64,000 nucleotides of DNA from Verrucomicrobiota bacterium (GTDB lineage Bacteria; Verrucomicrobiota; Verrucomicrobiia; Opitutales; Seribacteraceae). Position 1 is the first letter of the stretch. Each line of letters starts with the position of its first letter. The position numbers and the translations under genes were made by a program. A model generated the notes under the pieces. The model was not told the DNA's origin, ran no database searches, and saw nothing but the letters and a program-made list of their open reading frames with translations. The stretch lies in contig JAQBYT010000005.1 of NCBI GenBank assembly GCA_027622665.1, positions 32,001 to 96,000 on the forward strand, read 5' to 3'. This document shows, piece after piece, positions 1-9,341 of this stretch.

Positions 1-735
1 TAGATTTCCCGCTTGCATCTCGAGATAGACTGAGGTTGGAAGGACTTCAGTTCTCATGCGGGTGGATCCGGCAAATACTAAAATAGGGCCGAACTCGCCT
101 AGCGATCTCGCCCAAGCAAGGGTGCCCGCCGCCAGAATCCCTCTTTTCGCCTGAGGCATGACGACGAGCCAAAAGGCTTTGCCTCGGTTGCAGCCCAAGG
201 TAAGAGCCACTTTTTCATAACGGGTCGGTATCTGGTCGAATGAGATGCGCATGGCTCTTGCGGCAAAGGCGCATGCAACCATGAATTGAGCTAGAATGAC
301 TGCAGGGATTTCGAATACGACCCATTGGCTAGTCCACGAAAAAGGTGCAAAATTAAATAGTGCCAACAGAGATATGCCAATGACCAGAGGAGGCAATACG
401 ATCGGAATGTCCAAAACCGTATCAAGCAAGCGTTTTCCCGGGAAGTCGAAGCGGGAGGTTAGGTAGCCTAGCGGAACCGCGACCCATAGGGACAGTAACG
501 TAGAGAGAGAGCAAGAAAGTAGGCTAAGCCCAATGGAATATTGAATTTCTTTGCTTCGCAGGGCAGACAACATCGACTCGGCGTCCACGTAGGCAAGGTC
601 TGCCGCAATCATGGCGACGATGATCACTACATAGGTTCCGCTTAGGATTGAGAGCCCGACAATGAATGGTACGTCCGACCCCGGTCGAAAGCCGGGTGAG
701 TCTGTAACGACATTGCCGTTAGTCGATTGCATCAT
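1..735 (-). CDS. modB: Molybdate/tungstate ABC transporter permease (3' end runs off the window)
   Basis: Not in the ORF track. Manual translation from ATG 735 gives MMQSTNG...LLDTVLDIPIVLPPLVIG...YEKVALTLG...LAWARSLGEFGPILVFAG, with ModB/CysT motifs. It lies directly downstream of modA. Confidence 0.9.
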   Translation of the reverse strand, partial: MMQSTNGNVVTDSPGFRPGSDVPFIVGLSILSGTYVVIIVAMIAADLAYVDAESMLSALRSKEIQYSIGLSLLSCSLSTLLSLWVAVPLGYLTSRFDFPGKRLLDTVLDIPIVLPPLVIGISLLALFNFAPFSWTSQWVVFEIPAVILAQFMVACAFAARAMRISFDQIPTRYEKVALTLGCNRGKAFWLVVMPQAKRGILAAGTLAWARSLGEFGPILVFAGSTRMRTEVLPTSVYLEMQAGNL

Positions 736-750
736 CGAAAAGTTTCGACT

Positions 751-2331
751 TTAGTTTACTTTTGCATCCTCCGCTTTCCAGCGGAAGCCGGCATTCAGAA
801 AACGCGCTTTGGAGTCAAGGGAAGTTATGGCCTCGACTAGCCGTCCAGTCATATGGGGGAACGCACTGTTATCGTAAACGGCAATGTTTTGCGTTGCTCG
901 GGCGATAGGGTCATTGATGGCAATCGTCTCGAATTGGCCTTTGCTTAGGTTTTGGCAATTCGCCAGGTATACGAGGGCGATGTCCAGTTTGGGATGACCT
1001 TCCATTTGCAAAATTAATTCATGGGCCGTGGGAGTGGTTACTTCCCATGTTCCGTTTGCCTTGATTTTCTCGTTTACACCAGCCTTTGCAAGGAGCTGCC
1101 AGGTGAGGTCTCCCAGCGTGGAGATTTTTTGATCCGTGGTGCCTAGAGATAAATCTTGCCGACCGAGGTCTTCGAGAGTCCGTAAGTTCTTTGGGTTCCC
1201 TTTGCGGACAAGCATTACGATGTCCGTGCTTGAGACGTCGCGAGCACCGCTGAATAGCGAATCGACCTTCCCCATATAGGAGGCATCGCATGTGAGAAAG
1301 GCATCGGGCATGGCTGTCTTCGCTTTGCTCATGTCAATGGCTTTGATGTTGGCGACGAGCGAGCCACAGCCGGCAAATTGCTCGATGATCGCACAGCCTT
1401 CTCTCTTCTCAAAATCCCTCAAGGTTTGAGTAACTGCTTCTCGATTAACTCCGCCGCAATAAATGATTAGTTCGGGCTTCTCTTTCCATTTATCTCCTGC
1501 GACTCCCATGAAGTGATGTTTTGCGAAGTGCATTTGACCCTTCGATGGCGCAGCGAGATATCGAGCGAAAAAAAGAGCTTGTCTGGCTTTTTGCGAAGAA
1601 GATGAAACATTTGCCGTTATGCGGGAGCTAACGTTAGCCAATTCGGGAAGGTTGTGTATCTTGAGGCCGAATTGTTTTGCGGTGGTGTTCCAAAGAAAGC
1701 CGGCTTGCACGATATCTGAGGCGACGACCGCGGCCGCCGCATCGGTCACGCGAGGTGAAGCGGTTTTCTTTGCTGCGTCGAACATTTCCCACTTGCCGAG
1801 CTTTTCAAGAGTGGCCTTGGTTGTTTTTCCGACACCGGCAGCTTCATTGCAAAGAACAAAGGGCACTTCCAGCGCGAGGAATTCATCCAATGACGAAAAG
1901 GCTAAATTTTCTTTTGGGGATGAGGCTATAACGAGATTGAAAGAGGCCAACTGAATGGATTCGGCCGTGAGCCCTTTTTCTCGAGCTCGGTTGGCGAAAG
2001 ATAGATCGGCGGGGATATAAAGGTCAGCTCGGGATTTGTTGCTGTCCCGGTCAAGTTGCAATTTGCCCTCAAGCGCACCACTTGAATCGTAGTCGAGTGT
2101 TATCTTTACTCCGAATTCTTTCTGAAAAGCGATAGCTGCTGCTTCCACGGGCTTCCGTATTCCTGCCGCGCAATAGACGATCAAGTCTTCGGGCGAGGTT
2201 TCCACTTCGGGAAACTTGTGCCATACCGCGATCATCGAGGCTAGAACGAAAATGGATACGAGCGACAAAGTGACCCCGCCATACCATGGCGTTCGCCAAC
2301 GCTTGTCTTTGTCCGGATTGAAAGGATTCAC
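751..2331 (-). CDS. modA: Molybdate-type solute-binding protein with two tandem ModA domains and an N-terminal membrane anchor
   Basis: Two ModA-like starts: IVYCAAGIRKP..DYDSSGALE..ADLYIPAD and IIYCGGVNRE..FAGCGSLV..PDAFLTCD..VRKGNPKNLRTLEDL. Hydrophobic helix at about aa 18-37. Confidence 0.85.
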   Translation of the reverse strand: MNPFNPDKDKRWRTPWYGGVTLSLVSIFVLASMIAVWHKFPEVETSPEDLIVYCAAGIRKPVEAAAIAFQKEFGVKITLDYDSSGALEGKLQLDRDSNKSRADLYIPADLSFANRAREKGLTAESIQLASFNLVIASSPKENLAFSSLDEFLALEVPFVLCNEAAGVGKTTKATLEKLGKWEMFDAAKKTASPRVTDAAAAVVASDIVQAGFLWNTTAKQFGLKIHNLPELANVSSRITANVSSSSQKARQALFFARYLAAPSKGQMHFAKHHFMGVAGDKWKEKPELIIYCGGVNREAVTQTLRDFEKREGCAIIEQFAGCGSLVANIKAIDMSKAKTAMPDAFLTCDASYMGKVDSLFSGARDVSSTDIVMLVRKGNPKNLRTLEDLGRQDLSLGTTDQKISTLGDLTWQLLAKAGVNEKIKANGTWEVTTPTAHELILQMEGHPKLDIALVYLANCQNLSKGQFETIAINDPIARATQNIAVYDNSAFPHMTGRLVEAITSLDSKARFLNAGFRWKAEDAKVN

Positions 2332-2389
2332 AAGCTCCTTAATCTAAGGGATTGATCGGTTGTCCATCAATTGAAAAAGGGTGGATTTC

Positions 2390-3121
2390 CTAACTGCATA
2401 CGAGGCAGTCGACCCTGCGTGTCACATCGATTTTTCGTATATTGAACCGGTTGGCATCGATAAGCATCATCTTTCCTTGGCTGGTCGATCCAAAACCCGC
2501 GATCAGCTTTAGGCCCTCCATCACTCCGATGTTTGCGACGAGAGCGGAAACTGCTCCGAACACGGGAAATTGACGTTTCCAGTGGGGTGGCGTTTCAGGG
2601 AACAGGCAGGCCAGGCACGGGGTTTCACCCGGCACGATGGGCATGACATGCCCTTCGAGGCTGTACATTGCGCAATCGACCATAGTTTTGTTTTGTCGTA
2701 CGCACTCCCGGTTCATCAGGAATCGCTCTTCGAAAAGCGGTGCGCTGGCGAAGACGACGTCGGCTCTACTTACAAGCGCCGCCGCATTGGTTTCGCTGAA
2801 ATTTTCGTTATGAATCTCCACCTCCACTTTTGGATTAAAGGCGGCAAGGGTTTTGGCGGCACTTTCTACGCGTGGTTTCCCCAGCCCTTTCCATTGCATG
2901 AGGATTTGTCGATTCAGGTCATCCTTTCGCAGGTTGCCAGCGTGAACCAATATGAGTTTGCCGATGCCGGCTGCTGCTAAGGCGAAGGCGATGGGGCCTC
3001 CAATGCCCCCGACTCGGGATACGAGGGCAGTTGTGTTTCGAAGCTTCTCTTGGCCTTGTTCGCCGAACCCGGGCACATCCAGTTGCCATTCGTAAATGGC
3101 GCGATCTTCTTCAGTCAGCAT
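2390..3121 (-). CDS. HesA/MoeB/ThiF family E1-like adenylyltransferase (HesA-type)
   Basis: VGGIG nucleotide-binding loop, DDLNRQIL, GKPRV, and Zn-binding CLAC and C-terminal CLVC motifs. Confidence 0.9.
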   Translation of the reverse strand: MLTEEDRAIYEWQLDVPGFGEQGQEKLRNTTALVSRVGGIGGPIAFALAAAGIGKLILVHAGNLRKDDLNRQILMQWKGLGKPRVESAAKTLAAFNPKVEVEIHNENFSETNAAALVSRADVVFASAPLFEERFLMNRECVRQNKTMVDCAMYSLEGHVMPIVPGETPCLACLFPETPPHWKRQFPVFGAVSALVANIGVMEGLKLIAGFGSTSQGKMMLIDANRFNIRKIDVTRRVDCLVCS

Positions 3122-3193
3122 GGAGGTAGTCTAATTTCGGCAAAGAAGGGGGGAAGGCAAAAGGAAAGGAAGTTTGATTTTTGTCCTTAGATC

Positions 3194-3991
3194 CTAATTT
3201 TTTTCGTAAGTTGTCCAAGTTCCTTTTGCATAGTCCCAAAACTGCCGTGCGTTTTCTCTTTCCTTGTAGTAAAGCCATTCCGATGTGGAGTGACGGTAGA
3301 AAAATGGGTAAAGTGAGCTGCCCGTGTAAAGCCAACCAAGTTGCCCGTCCCACATCCATAGAGCCGATTCGTCGGCACCCGAAACGAATAGCCATCCGTG
3401 CTTGAGATGATAAGCCCATCCATCTCCATTGTCATAGAAATCTCCGAACCATTGTGAACTTTTAAATCCCGCGGCGAAGGTGTCCGTGGTGAGGTGGGAC
3501 CATGGGGAAGCGGCTTTAGCTTCTTCAATTTGCAGCATCAATGTGTAAGCCGAAGTCGACGGCCCTTCGCGATTTGGCCAACGGTACCCTGTGATTTGAA
3601 TTTGATATTCACCTGCCGAGGGAAGGGTTCCGGAGATGCTGGGGTTTGCGATGTCACCGTTGAAAGTTAAGCCGTCCGGCAAACCTTGGATAAGATAGCT
3701 TTGAGCTTGGTGCCGTAGAGTGTAAAATTCAAAGGAGTAGGAGTCCCCCGCCGAACCTGAAGCAGGGTTTTCGCTATTTGCTTTTACATAGGTAGTGGCT
3801 CCCGTTAGCGCGTGTGGCAGAGTTGTGGCCGCTGCTGCGGGCAAGAGAGCCCGAAGTGTTTTAACATGTGCGGCAATCGGAGCGAAAAAGGTCGAAAGGT
3901 GTTTACCGAATGGCAAGATCGGCAAGCGTTGAAGAAGCATGGCCAATGTCATGCATAGGATTTTTGCCCTACTTTTCATCTTTAGTTGCAT
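3194..3991 (-). CDS. Exported protein with a TGAT motif, a putative Ig (He_PIG-like) domain and a Trp/Gly/Tyr-rich C-terminal domain
   Basis: GLPDGLTF..ISGT.P.AGEY Ig signature; SQWFGDFY..GWAYHLKHGWLF..LWMWDGQLGWLYT repeats. Start overlaps the DUF4266 stop. Confidence 0.7.
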   Translation of the reverse strand: MQLKMKSRAKILCMTLAMLLQRLPILPFGKHLSTFFAPIAAHVKTLRALLPAAAATTLPHALTGATTYVKANSENPASGSAGDSYSFEFYTLRHQAQSYLIQGLPDGLTFNGDIANPSISGTLPSAGEYQIQITGYRWPNREGPSTSAYTLMLQIEEAKAASPWSHLTTDTFAAGFKSSQWFGDFYDNGDGWAYHLKHGWLFVSGADESALWMWDGQLGWLYTGSSLYPFFYRHSTSEWLYYKERENARQFWDYAKGTWTTYEKN

Positions 3992-4233
3992 CCGCAGCCA
4001 CCACCTCCTGCTCCGCGACCTCCTCGGGAGGCTTCCCGGCTGTAGAAGGCGTGATCATTCATCTTAACCGCCAATTTGTCTCGATCCGGTCGCATGAGGT
4101 AGTCGGCGAGGTATCCCCTTTGCAGGACGCTCACAGTGGGCTTGGGCGAGCAACCACCAAAGGTAATGGCCGTTAAGACGAATAGCAAAAGCCGCCAAGA
4201 TTTCTTAATTCCTTGTGTCGTGCAGGTATTCAT
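3982..4233 (-). CDS. DUF4266 small lipoprotein
   Basis: Lipobox FGGC; QRGYLADYLM..HAFYSREASRGG..GGGCGCN C-terminus. Start moved to ATG 4233. Confidence 0.85.
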   Translation of the reverse strand: MNTCTTQGIKKSWRLLLFVLTAITFGGCSPKPTVSVLQRGYLADYLMRPDRDKLAVKMNDHAFYSREASRGGRGAGGGGCGCN

Positions 4234-5191
4234 AAATGCCTTTTGTCCATTCAACGCCGTTTCGGTTTTGTATGCAACCTTCCGCTCCGAAAAACCTATC
4301 GATTCTAGCAAGCCCTCGATCCGTTCCATCAAGCAAGGCGCAGGTCGACAGAACACCTGCTTCCAGACAGGAGCGTGAGATGACGGTTGCCGACAGACAG
4401 TTGTTGCTCGTTGGGAAACCTGTGCGATGATCGATCAAGTGGCCGTACCTTTTGCCGTTCTTTTCGAAAAACCTTCGATAGTTCCCCGATGTCGCGACAG
4501 CCATGCCGGAAACCGAAAAAATCCGTTTTGCTTGGCCTTGCTTTCCAGGATCTTCAAGACCGACTCGCCATGCAGTCGCGTCGGGGGGAGAACCTTCGGC
4601 AAAAACATCGCCTCCAAAGTCGATGAGAAAATCTTCCAGCCCGTGCTCGCGGGCCAACTCGGTTACTCGGTCAACGGCATATTCTTTGCCAAAGCCTCCG
4701 AAATCTAGTCCCATCCCTGTTTCGGGCAGGAAGATGGAGTGGTTCTCTCGATGAACTTTCTTCCATCCGATTTTTGAAAGCGCCTCGCTGATTGCTGATT
4801 TGGAGGGGATCTGCGGATTCTCGGCTTTAAAATCCCAAAGGCGGGAAAGGGGAAGGGTGGTGGGATCAAAGAGCCCTTCCGTCAAAAAATGGAGGGTTTC
4901 GCACAGGTCGAAAAGGTGAATGTCTACCTCGTCGATTACAACGGGGTTCCGACCGGCGGCATCATTGATCCGGCATATTAGGCTGTCGTCCCTGAATCGG
5001 GAATAACGGGCCTCAAAACGGTGCACCCAATCGAGGGCGTTTTTTCGAAAGATATCGGCAGCGACCATCGAATTCGCCGTAAAGAGTATTTTGCAATGGG
5101 TGCCCATGGCAGGAAACTGCAGACGAAAGAGACCGTCAGCCAAGACTTCAGGAGGAATTTTAGATGAAGAGTGCATCCTCAGAACTCCCAT
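4205..5191 (-). CDS. apbE: FAD:protein FMN transferase
   Basis: AMGT, FDPT, LDFGGFGKEYAVD, DFGGD, ATSGNYRR and YGHLID motifs. Confidence 0.95.
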   Translation of the reverse strand: MGVLRMHSSSKIPPEVLADGLFRLQFPAMGTHCKILFTANSMVAADIFRKNALDWVHRFEARYSRFRDDSLICRINDAAGRNPVVIDEVDIHLFDLCETLHFLTEGLFDPTTLPLSRLWDFKAENPQIPSKSAISEALSKIGWKKVHRENHSIFLPETGMGLDFGGFGKEYAVDRVTELAREHGLEDFLIDFGGDVFAEGSPPDATAWRVGLEDPGKQGQAKRIFSVSGMAVATSGNYRRFFEKNGKRYGHLIDHRTGFPTSNNCLSATVISRSCLEAGVLSTCALLDGTDRGLARIDRFFGAEGCIQNRNGVEWTKGIYEYLHDTRN

Positions 5192-6336
5192 TGCAGGCCA
5201 ACGGTATAAATATCCGCGTCCGGATACATAAGGGGTGAGGTTACTCCGTCACGGCCTTTCATGTCGTACCTCTCGTAGGCCAAGTCTAGGTTGATGTTGT
5301 CACCTTTGAACATCGTCAGCTTCAGGCCGTAGGCGAGACTCTCCATTTTGGAAATCCGATAGTCTGCCGAATAATGGGGCCCCAACCCCGTGGGAGGAGC
5401 TCCGGAATTTATTTGGGATTCGTCCAAGATCGTGACGTAATAATCAGCCGCTGACTGATTATAGTATCTCAGCAAGGGTCGGACGACAAGATTTTCGCCA
5501 AAGCGCTGGAACCACTGTACTTCGAAGGTGTTGCCTCGAATACCGGAATCGTCGGCAAAGAATCGGTAACTGCCTTGGAGGCTAGAACGCAAGGACTCAA
5601 TGTAGCGAGTTCCCTCGACAAAGACGACGTATGCATTGCGGGCATCTGGGCGGTTTTCAGGTGTTTGCCGAAGAATTTTGGTGCCATGCACCGTTGCGTG
5701 GTAGGCAACGTTTTTGTACGGATCGCTCAAATAACCTGACGGGCGAGAATACGAAAGGTTCACCGCCAACGTAGTCTTGGGGTCGAGGACACGATGGGCA
5801 CCCAAGATGACCTCGGGGGTTCGCTTGGTTTGCTCGTCGAATCCCGGGTATCCTATCATTTGCGTATCCACGGTGTCGTCGAGGTAGGAAATCCCGGCGC
5901 TTAGAGTGAGAGTTTCTTCCGCATATTGACGAGCCAGTCGAACGGCATAACTACGCGAAAGGTAATCGGGTTCATGACTGAGTCCGAACTCGAATGATAA
6001 GTCGTATTCATCGGTTTCTTTCGAAAGGGTGACCACTCCGGCCCGTCTTGTCTCTTCGATCGGGTGGGAAAGCCAGTCGGATTCAGTGGGCGGCAAGCCT
6101 ATGGGAGTGGCCCCCGACCACGTATCCACAATGCCCACGACATCAAGGCTCCATTCTTCCGTGAGGGCTGTTTCCGCTTCGGCGTACCATGAGCGAACGT
6201 GAATCCTATCCCCTTCCTCGACCCATTCGCGATACTTGGCTCGCAATGCCTTTTCGGCGGTGCTCTTCCGGGTGACCAGTACGAGCAACGCGGCGACCGC
6301 CAAGAAGCGAATAGCTCTAATTGCGCTCGTCTTCAT
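5179..6336 (-). CDS. DUF3570 outer-membrane beta-barrel with a flavinylation motif
   Basis: DTWSGAT, HEPDYLS, GYLSDPYK, ENRPD.R and SADYR motifs; C-terminal QWEF; in an operon with apbE and DUF4266. Confidence 0.85.
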   Translation of the reverse strand: MKTSAIRAIRFLAVAALLVLVTRKSTAEKALRAKYREWVEEGDRIHVRSWYAEAETALTEEWSLDVVGIVDTWSGATPIGLPPTESDWLSHPIEETRRAGVVTLSKETDEYDLSFEFGLSHEPDYLSRSYAVRLARQYAEETLTLSAGISYLDDTVDTQMIGYPGFDEQTKRTPEVILGAHRVLDPKTTLAVNLSYSRPSGYLSDPYKNVAYHATVHGTKILRQTPENRPDARNAYVVFVEGTRYIESLRSSLQGSYRFFADDSGIRGNTFEVQWFQRFGENLVVRPLLRYYNQSAADYYVTILDESQINSGAPPTGLGPHYSADYRISKMESLAYGLKLTMFKGDNINLDLAYERYDMKGRDGVTSPLMYPDADIYTVGLQWEF

Positions 6337-6490
6337 TCGGGGAGAGCCTTGCGAAAGGGTGAGGTTCGGTCAAGCTCTGCAAGTCCGTATTGCTATCGGA
6401 TTGTCTGGACTTGTTTCTTTCCCTCAGTTGTCCTGCAATCCTATCTTGCCGAAATTCGGCTTACTCGCGAGGAATCGTTTACTTGATTAT

Positions 6491-7189
6491 ATGAATTGGA
6501 AAAAACGCATATTCGTTGTCGACGATGAGGAAGATCTTACCGACCTTCTGCAATTCCAATTGAAGCGCGAGGGATTCAAAGTGGAGACCGCGAACGATCC
6601 ATTCGTGGCTCTAAGCGTGGCCCGCGACTATGGGCCGGATTTAATCGTGCTGGACGTCATGATGCCCGACTTGGATGGCTACCAACTGCTGCGCATGTTC
6701 CGATCCGACCACCAGTTGACCGATGTTCCCGTGGTCATGCTCACGGCTCGAGCGGGGGTGGAAGACCGGATCAAGGGGCTTGAGAGCGGTGCCGACGATT
6801 ACATGTGCAAGCCATTCGAAACAAAGGAACTGATTCTGCGCATCCGTTCCATTTTGAAACGGAGCAGTGAACAAAACCGAGCTCATTCAGGGCGAATTGC
6901 CATAGGCAACGTCGCCATCGACGAGGAAGACCATTCCGTGAGCATTGGCGGTGTGGAGATTCCCTTTACTGTGACCGAGTTCAAGCTGCTTCAGTTTTTC
7001 CTTAAGCGTAAGGGTAGGGTGCAAACCCGCGAGAACCTCCTTTTGAGCGTTTGGAAGTTCGATGCCGAAGTCGAGACTCGCACCGTAGACGTTCATATTC
7101 GCCGACTGCGGAAAAAGATGGAGACGGCCGACTTAGAGATCGAGACGGTGCGTGGGGTTGGATATCGTTTGGCGGTAAAAGCAAAGTAG
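6491..7189 (+). CDS. phoB: OmpR/PhoB family response regulator (PhoB-like)
   Basis: VVDDE, LDVMMP, LTAR, GADDY.KPF, and wHTH RTVDVHIRRLRKK..IETVRGVGY. Phosphate-gene context. Start set at ATG 6491. Confidence 0.8.
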   Translation: MNWKKRIFVVDDEEDLTDLLQFQLKREGFKVETANDPFVALSVARDYGPDLIVLDVMMPDLDGYQLLRMFRSDHQLTDVPVVMLTARAGVEDRIKGLESGADDYMCKPFETKELILRIRSILKRSSEQNRAHSGRIAIGNVAIDEEDHSVSIGGVEIPFTVTEFKLLQFFLKRKGRVQTRENLLLSVWKFDAEVETRTVDVHIRRLRKKMETADLEIETVRGVGYRLAVKAK

Positions 7190-7195
7190 ATTGCC

Positions 7196-8038
7196 GTGTA
7201 TGTGGAACCATGGATCTTGTCGGCTGTCCTTCTCGGTTTTGTTTTGGTCTGTTCGGTACTTTGGCGCCGTCGGAGATCCATGGACGGAAAACCTGAAGAG
7301 CAAATTTTAGTTGATATTGGAAACGAGGAACTGAATCCTCACGATAATACCCGCAGGGATTTTGTGGCTAACGTATCGCATGAGTTGCGTACTCCGCTAG
7401 CCATTGTGAAAGGATTCGCGGAAACTCTGGACGACAGCTACGAGGAACTGTCAGGCAAGAAACGGCGAGAATTCATAGGAAAGATTCGAAAAAATTCGGA
7501 TCGTCTTTGCTCCTTGGTCGAGGATCTCCTCCATTTGGCGGAATTGGAGTCTCCTTCGCATGAACTGAGACTCGAACCCGGCAGTCTTTCAGTTGTTGTC
7601 CGTACCGTGGCAGACAGGTTGGGCGAGCGACTAGATCTGAATACCCAAAGAATACGACTGGAGCTTGCCGAGGAACGGAAGCCGATCTCCTTCGATCCCT
7701 TGAAGGTAGAGTGTGTCATCGAGAACCTTTTGAGCAATGCCCTTCGCTATGCCCGCGATTCCTCCGTTATAACTATTCGAACTATTTTTGATGAAGATCC
7801 AAAAGTGATCCGTTGTGAAGTTCAAGACGATGGCTGCGGCATTCCAGAGAAGGACGTTCCCCATCTTTTCGAGCGATTCTATCGTGTCGACAAGGGACGT
7901 TCCCGGGAGAGCGGTGGCACGGGCTTGGGTTTAAGCATCGTGAAGCATATCGTGGAATTGCATGGCGGCGCGGTATCCGTTCGGAGTGAGCTCGGTGAAG
8001 GAACGATCTTCTCCTTTAGCCTGCCCTGCGGTTCCTGA
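7196..8038 (+). CDS. phoR: Short PhoR-like histidine kinase (one TM, DHp and CA domains, no sensor or PAS domain)
   Basis: RRDFVANVSHELRTPL H-box, NLLSNA, DDGCGI, FERFYRVDKGRSRESGGTGLGLSIVKH. Confidence 0.8.
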   Translation: MYVEPWILSAVLLGFVLVCSVLWRRRRSMDGKPEEQILVDIGNEELNPHDNTRRDFVANVSHELRTPLAIVKGFAETLDDSYEELSGKKRREFIGKIRKNSDRLCSLVEDLLHLAELESPSHELRLEPGSLSVVVRTVADRLGERLDLNTQRIRLELAEERKPISFDPLKVECVIENLLSNALRYARDSSVITIRTIFDEDPKVIRCEVQDDGCGIPEKDVPHLFERFYRVDKGRSRESGGTGLGLSIVKHIVELHGGAVSVRSELGEGTIFSFSLPCGS

Positions 8039-8093
8039 ATTTACTACGCCTCTTCCCTCAATTGGGAAATTGGGAGTGAATCATCTCCTGCAT

Positions 8094-8126
8094 TTGTAAC
8101 GTTTTCTTCGCAAGATCGTAATTTTA
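8094..8126 (+). promoter_or_regulatory. Possible degenerate Pho-box array upstream of the porin
   Basis: GTAAC (8096), TTCGC (8107) and GTAAT (8118) at 11-bp periodicity, between phoR and the porin. Confidence 0.35.
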
Positions 8127-8179
8127 ATCTGCTATTATAAATGGAAACTTTAAACCATTCACAATCCGATAACAGTAAA

Positions 8180-9298
8180 ATGAACGGAAAAACCATAGCC
8201 ATTCTGCTATCGATCACTTGTTTTGCATCCGCGAGTGGACAGGACGCCAAGAAGTCCGGCTACGACAAAATCTGGAGCAAAGTGGTATGGTATGAGAATG
8301 AAGAGAACGACGTTCTTCAGAAGATTGCATTCACGGGTCGTCTGCAGGGAGACTATCATAGCTTCGATGATGACGCTGGAGGAACATCCGAAAGCGACTA
8401 CGATTGGCGACGTTTTCGAGTTGGCTTCAAAGCCTCTTTTTTTAATAGGCTGACCCTCCATTCGGAGGCCGACATGAACCTCAATGATCCTTCGCCTCTC
8501 TACAAGAAACTTACGGATACCAATCTTTCATGGACCACGGAAGGCGGGGTGAAGATCAAGATGGGAAAGCAATCGGCACCTTTTACTTTGCATGGTTCGA
8601 CGTCATCCAAAAAGCTTTACACTCTCGAAAGAGGTAAGGTTGCAAGTAATATCTGGTTTTCCAACGAATACTATTCCGGGCTTACCGTCTCAGGCAAAAA
8701 AGGTAGCTGGGAGTATTTCACCGGAATCTATTCGAGCGATCTTGGACCGGAGTTCGACGAGGCTTTTGACTACGGTTGCTTTGGTCTTTTTTCCTTGGGA
8801 TACAACTTCAAGGAAAATTTAGAATTGGATAACGCCTTGGTTCGCTTGGATTACGTCAAGCAACAGGAAAATACGGCGAATCCCTCAAAACAGCCTGATC
8901 ACAAGAATATAACTTCATTGGTAACCAAGTTCGAGAAGGATAATTTGCACCTTTGGGCAGACCTAAGCTTTTCCGATGGATATGGCTCCCAAACCGATCT
9001 ATTTGGTCTGCAGTTCATGCCCTTCTACGATATTACCGACAAGACCCAAGCGGTTTTTAGCTACACTTACTTAAAAAGCTCCGGCGGAGACGGTATCAAG
9101 CTAACCAAATACGAGAAGGATTTGTTTAGTGGCAAGGGCAACGAAACCAGTGAAAGCTTTCTCGGACTGAATCACTTCTTCTATGGGCATAAGTTGAAGT
9201 GGCAAAATGGAATCCAATACACTGAAATGGAGACCACCTCGGTTGGCGACAAGTACGATGGCTGGGGGTTTACCTCCGGAATCCGTATCAGTTGGTGA
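8180..9298 (+). CDS. Phosphate-selective porin OprO/OprP family
   Basis: Signal peptide; FTGRLQGDY, WRRFRVG, KMGKQ, TSSKKLYTLER; aromatic C-terminus. Located in the Pho locus. Confidence 0.8.
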   Translation: MNGKTIAILLSITCFASASGQDAKKSGYDKIWSKVVWYENEENDVLQKIAFTGRLQGDYHSFDDDAGGTSESDYDWRRFRVGFKASFFNRLTLHSEADMNLNDPSPLYKKLTDTNLSWTTEGGVKIKMGKQSAPFTLHGSTSSKKLYTLERGKVASNIWFSNEYYSGLTVSGKKGSWEYFTGIYSSDLGPEFDEAFDYGCFGLFSLGYNFKENLELDNALVRLDYVKQQENTANPSKQPDHKNITSLVTKFEKDNLHLWADLSFSDGYGSQTDLFGLQFMPFYDITDKTQAVFSYTYLKSSGGDGIKLTKYEKDLFSGKGNETSESFLGLNHFFYGHKLKWQNGIQYTEMETTSVGDKYDGWGFTSGIRISW

Positions 9299-9341
9299 AT
9301 GAAGTATCATTTTACCGAAACATCTAAACCTGGTCTGAAAA

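Noticed and set aside
3111..3528. ORFs of 113 aa and 102 aa overlapping the Ig-domain gene
   Set aside because: Alternative frames of 3194-3991, which carries the recognisable motifs.
6236..6490. 85-aa N-terminal extension of the response regulator
   Set aside because: It overlaps the divergent DUF3570 start; the receiver domain begins at ATG 6491.
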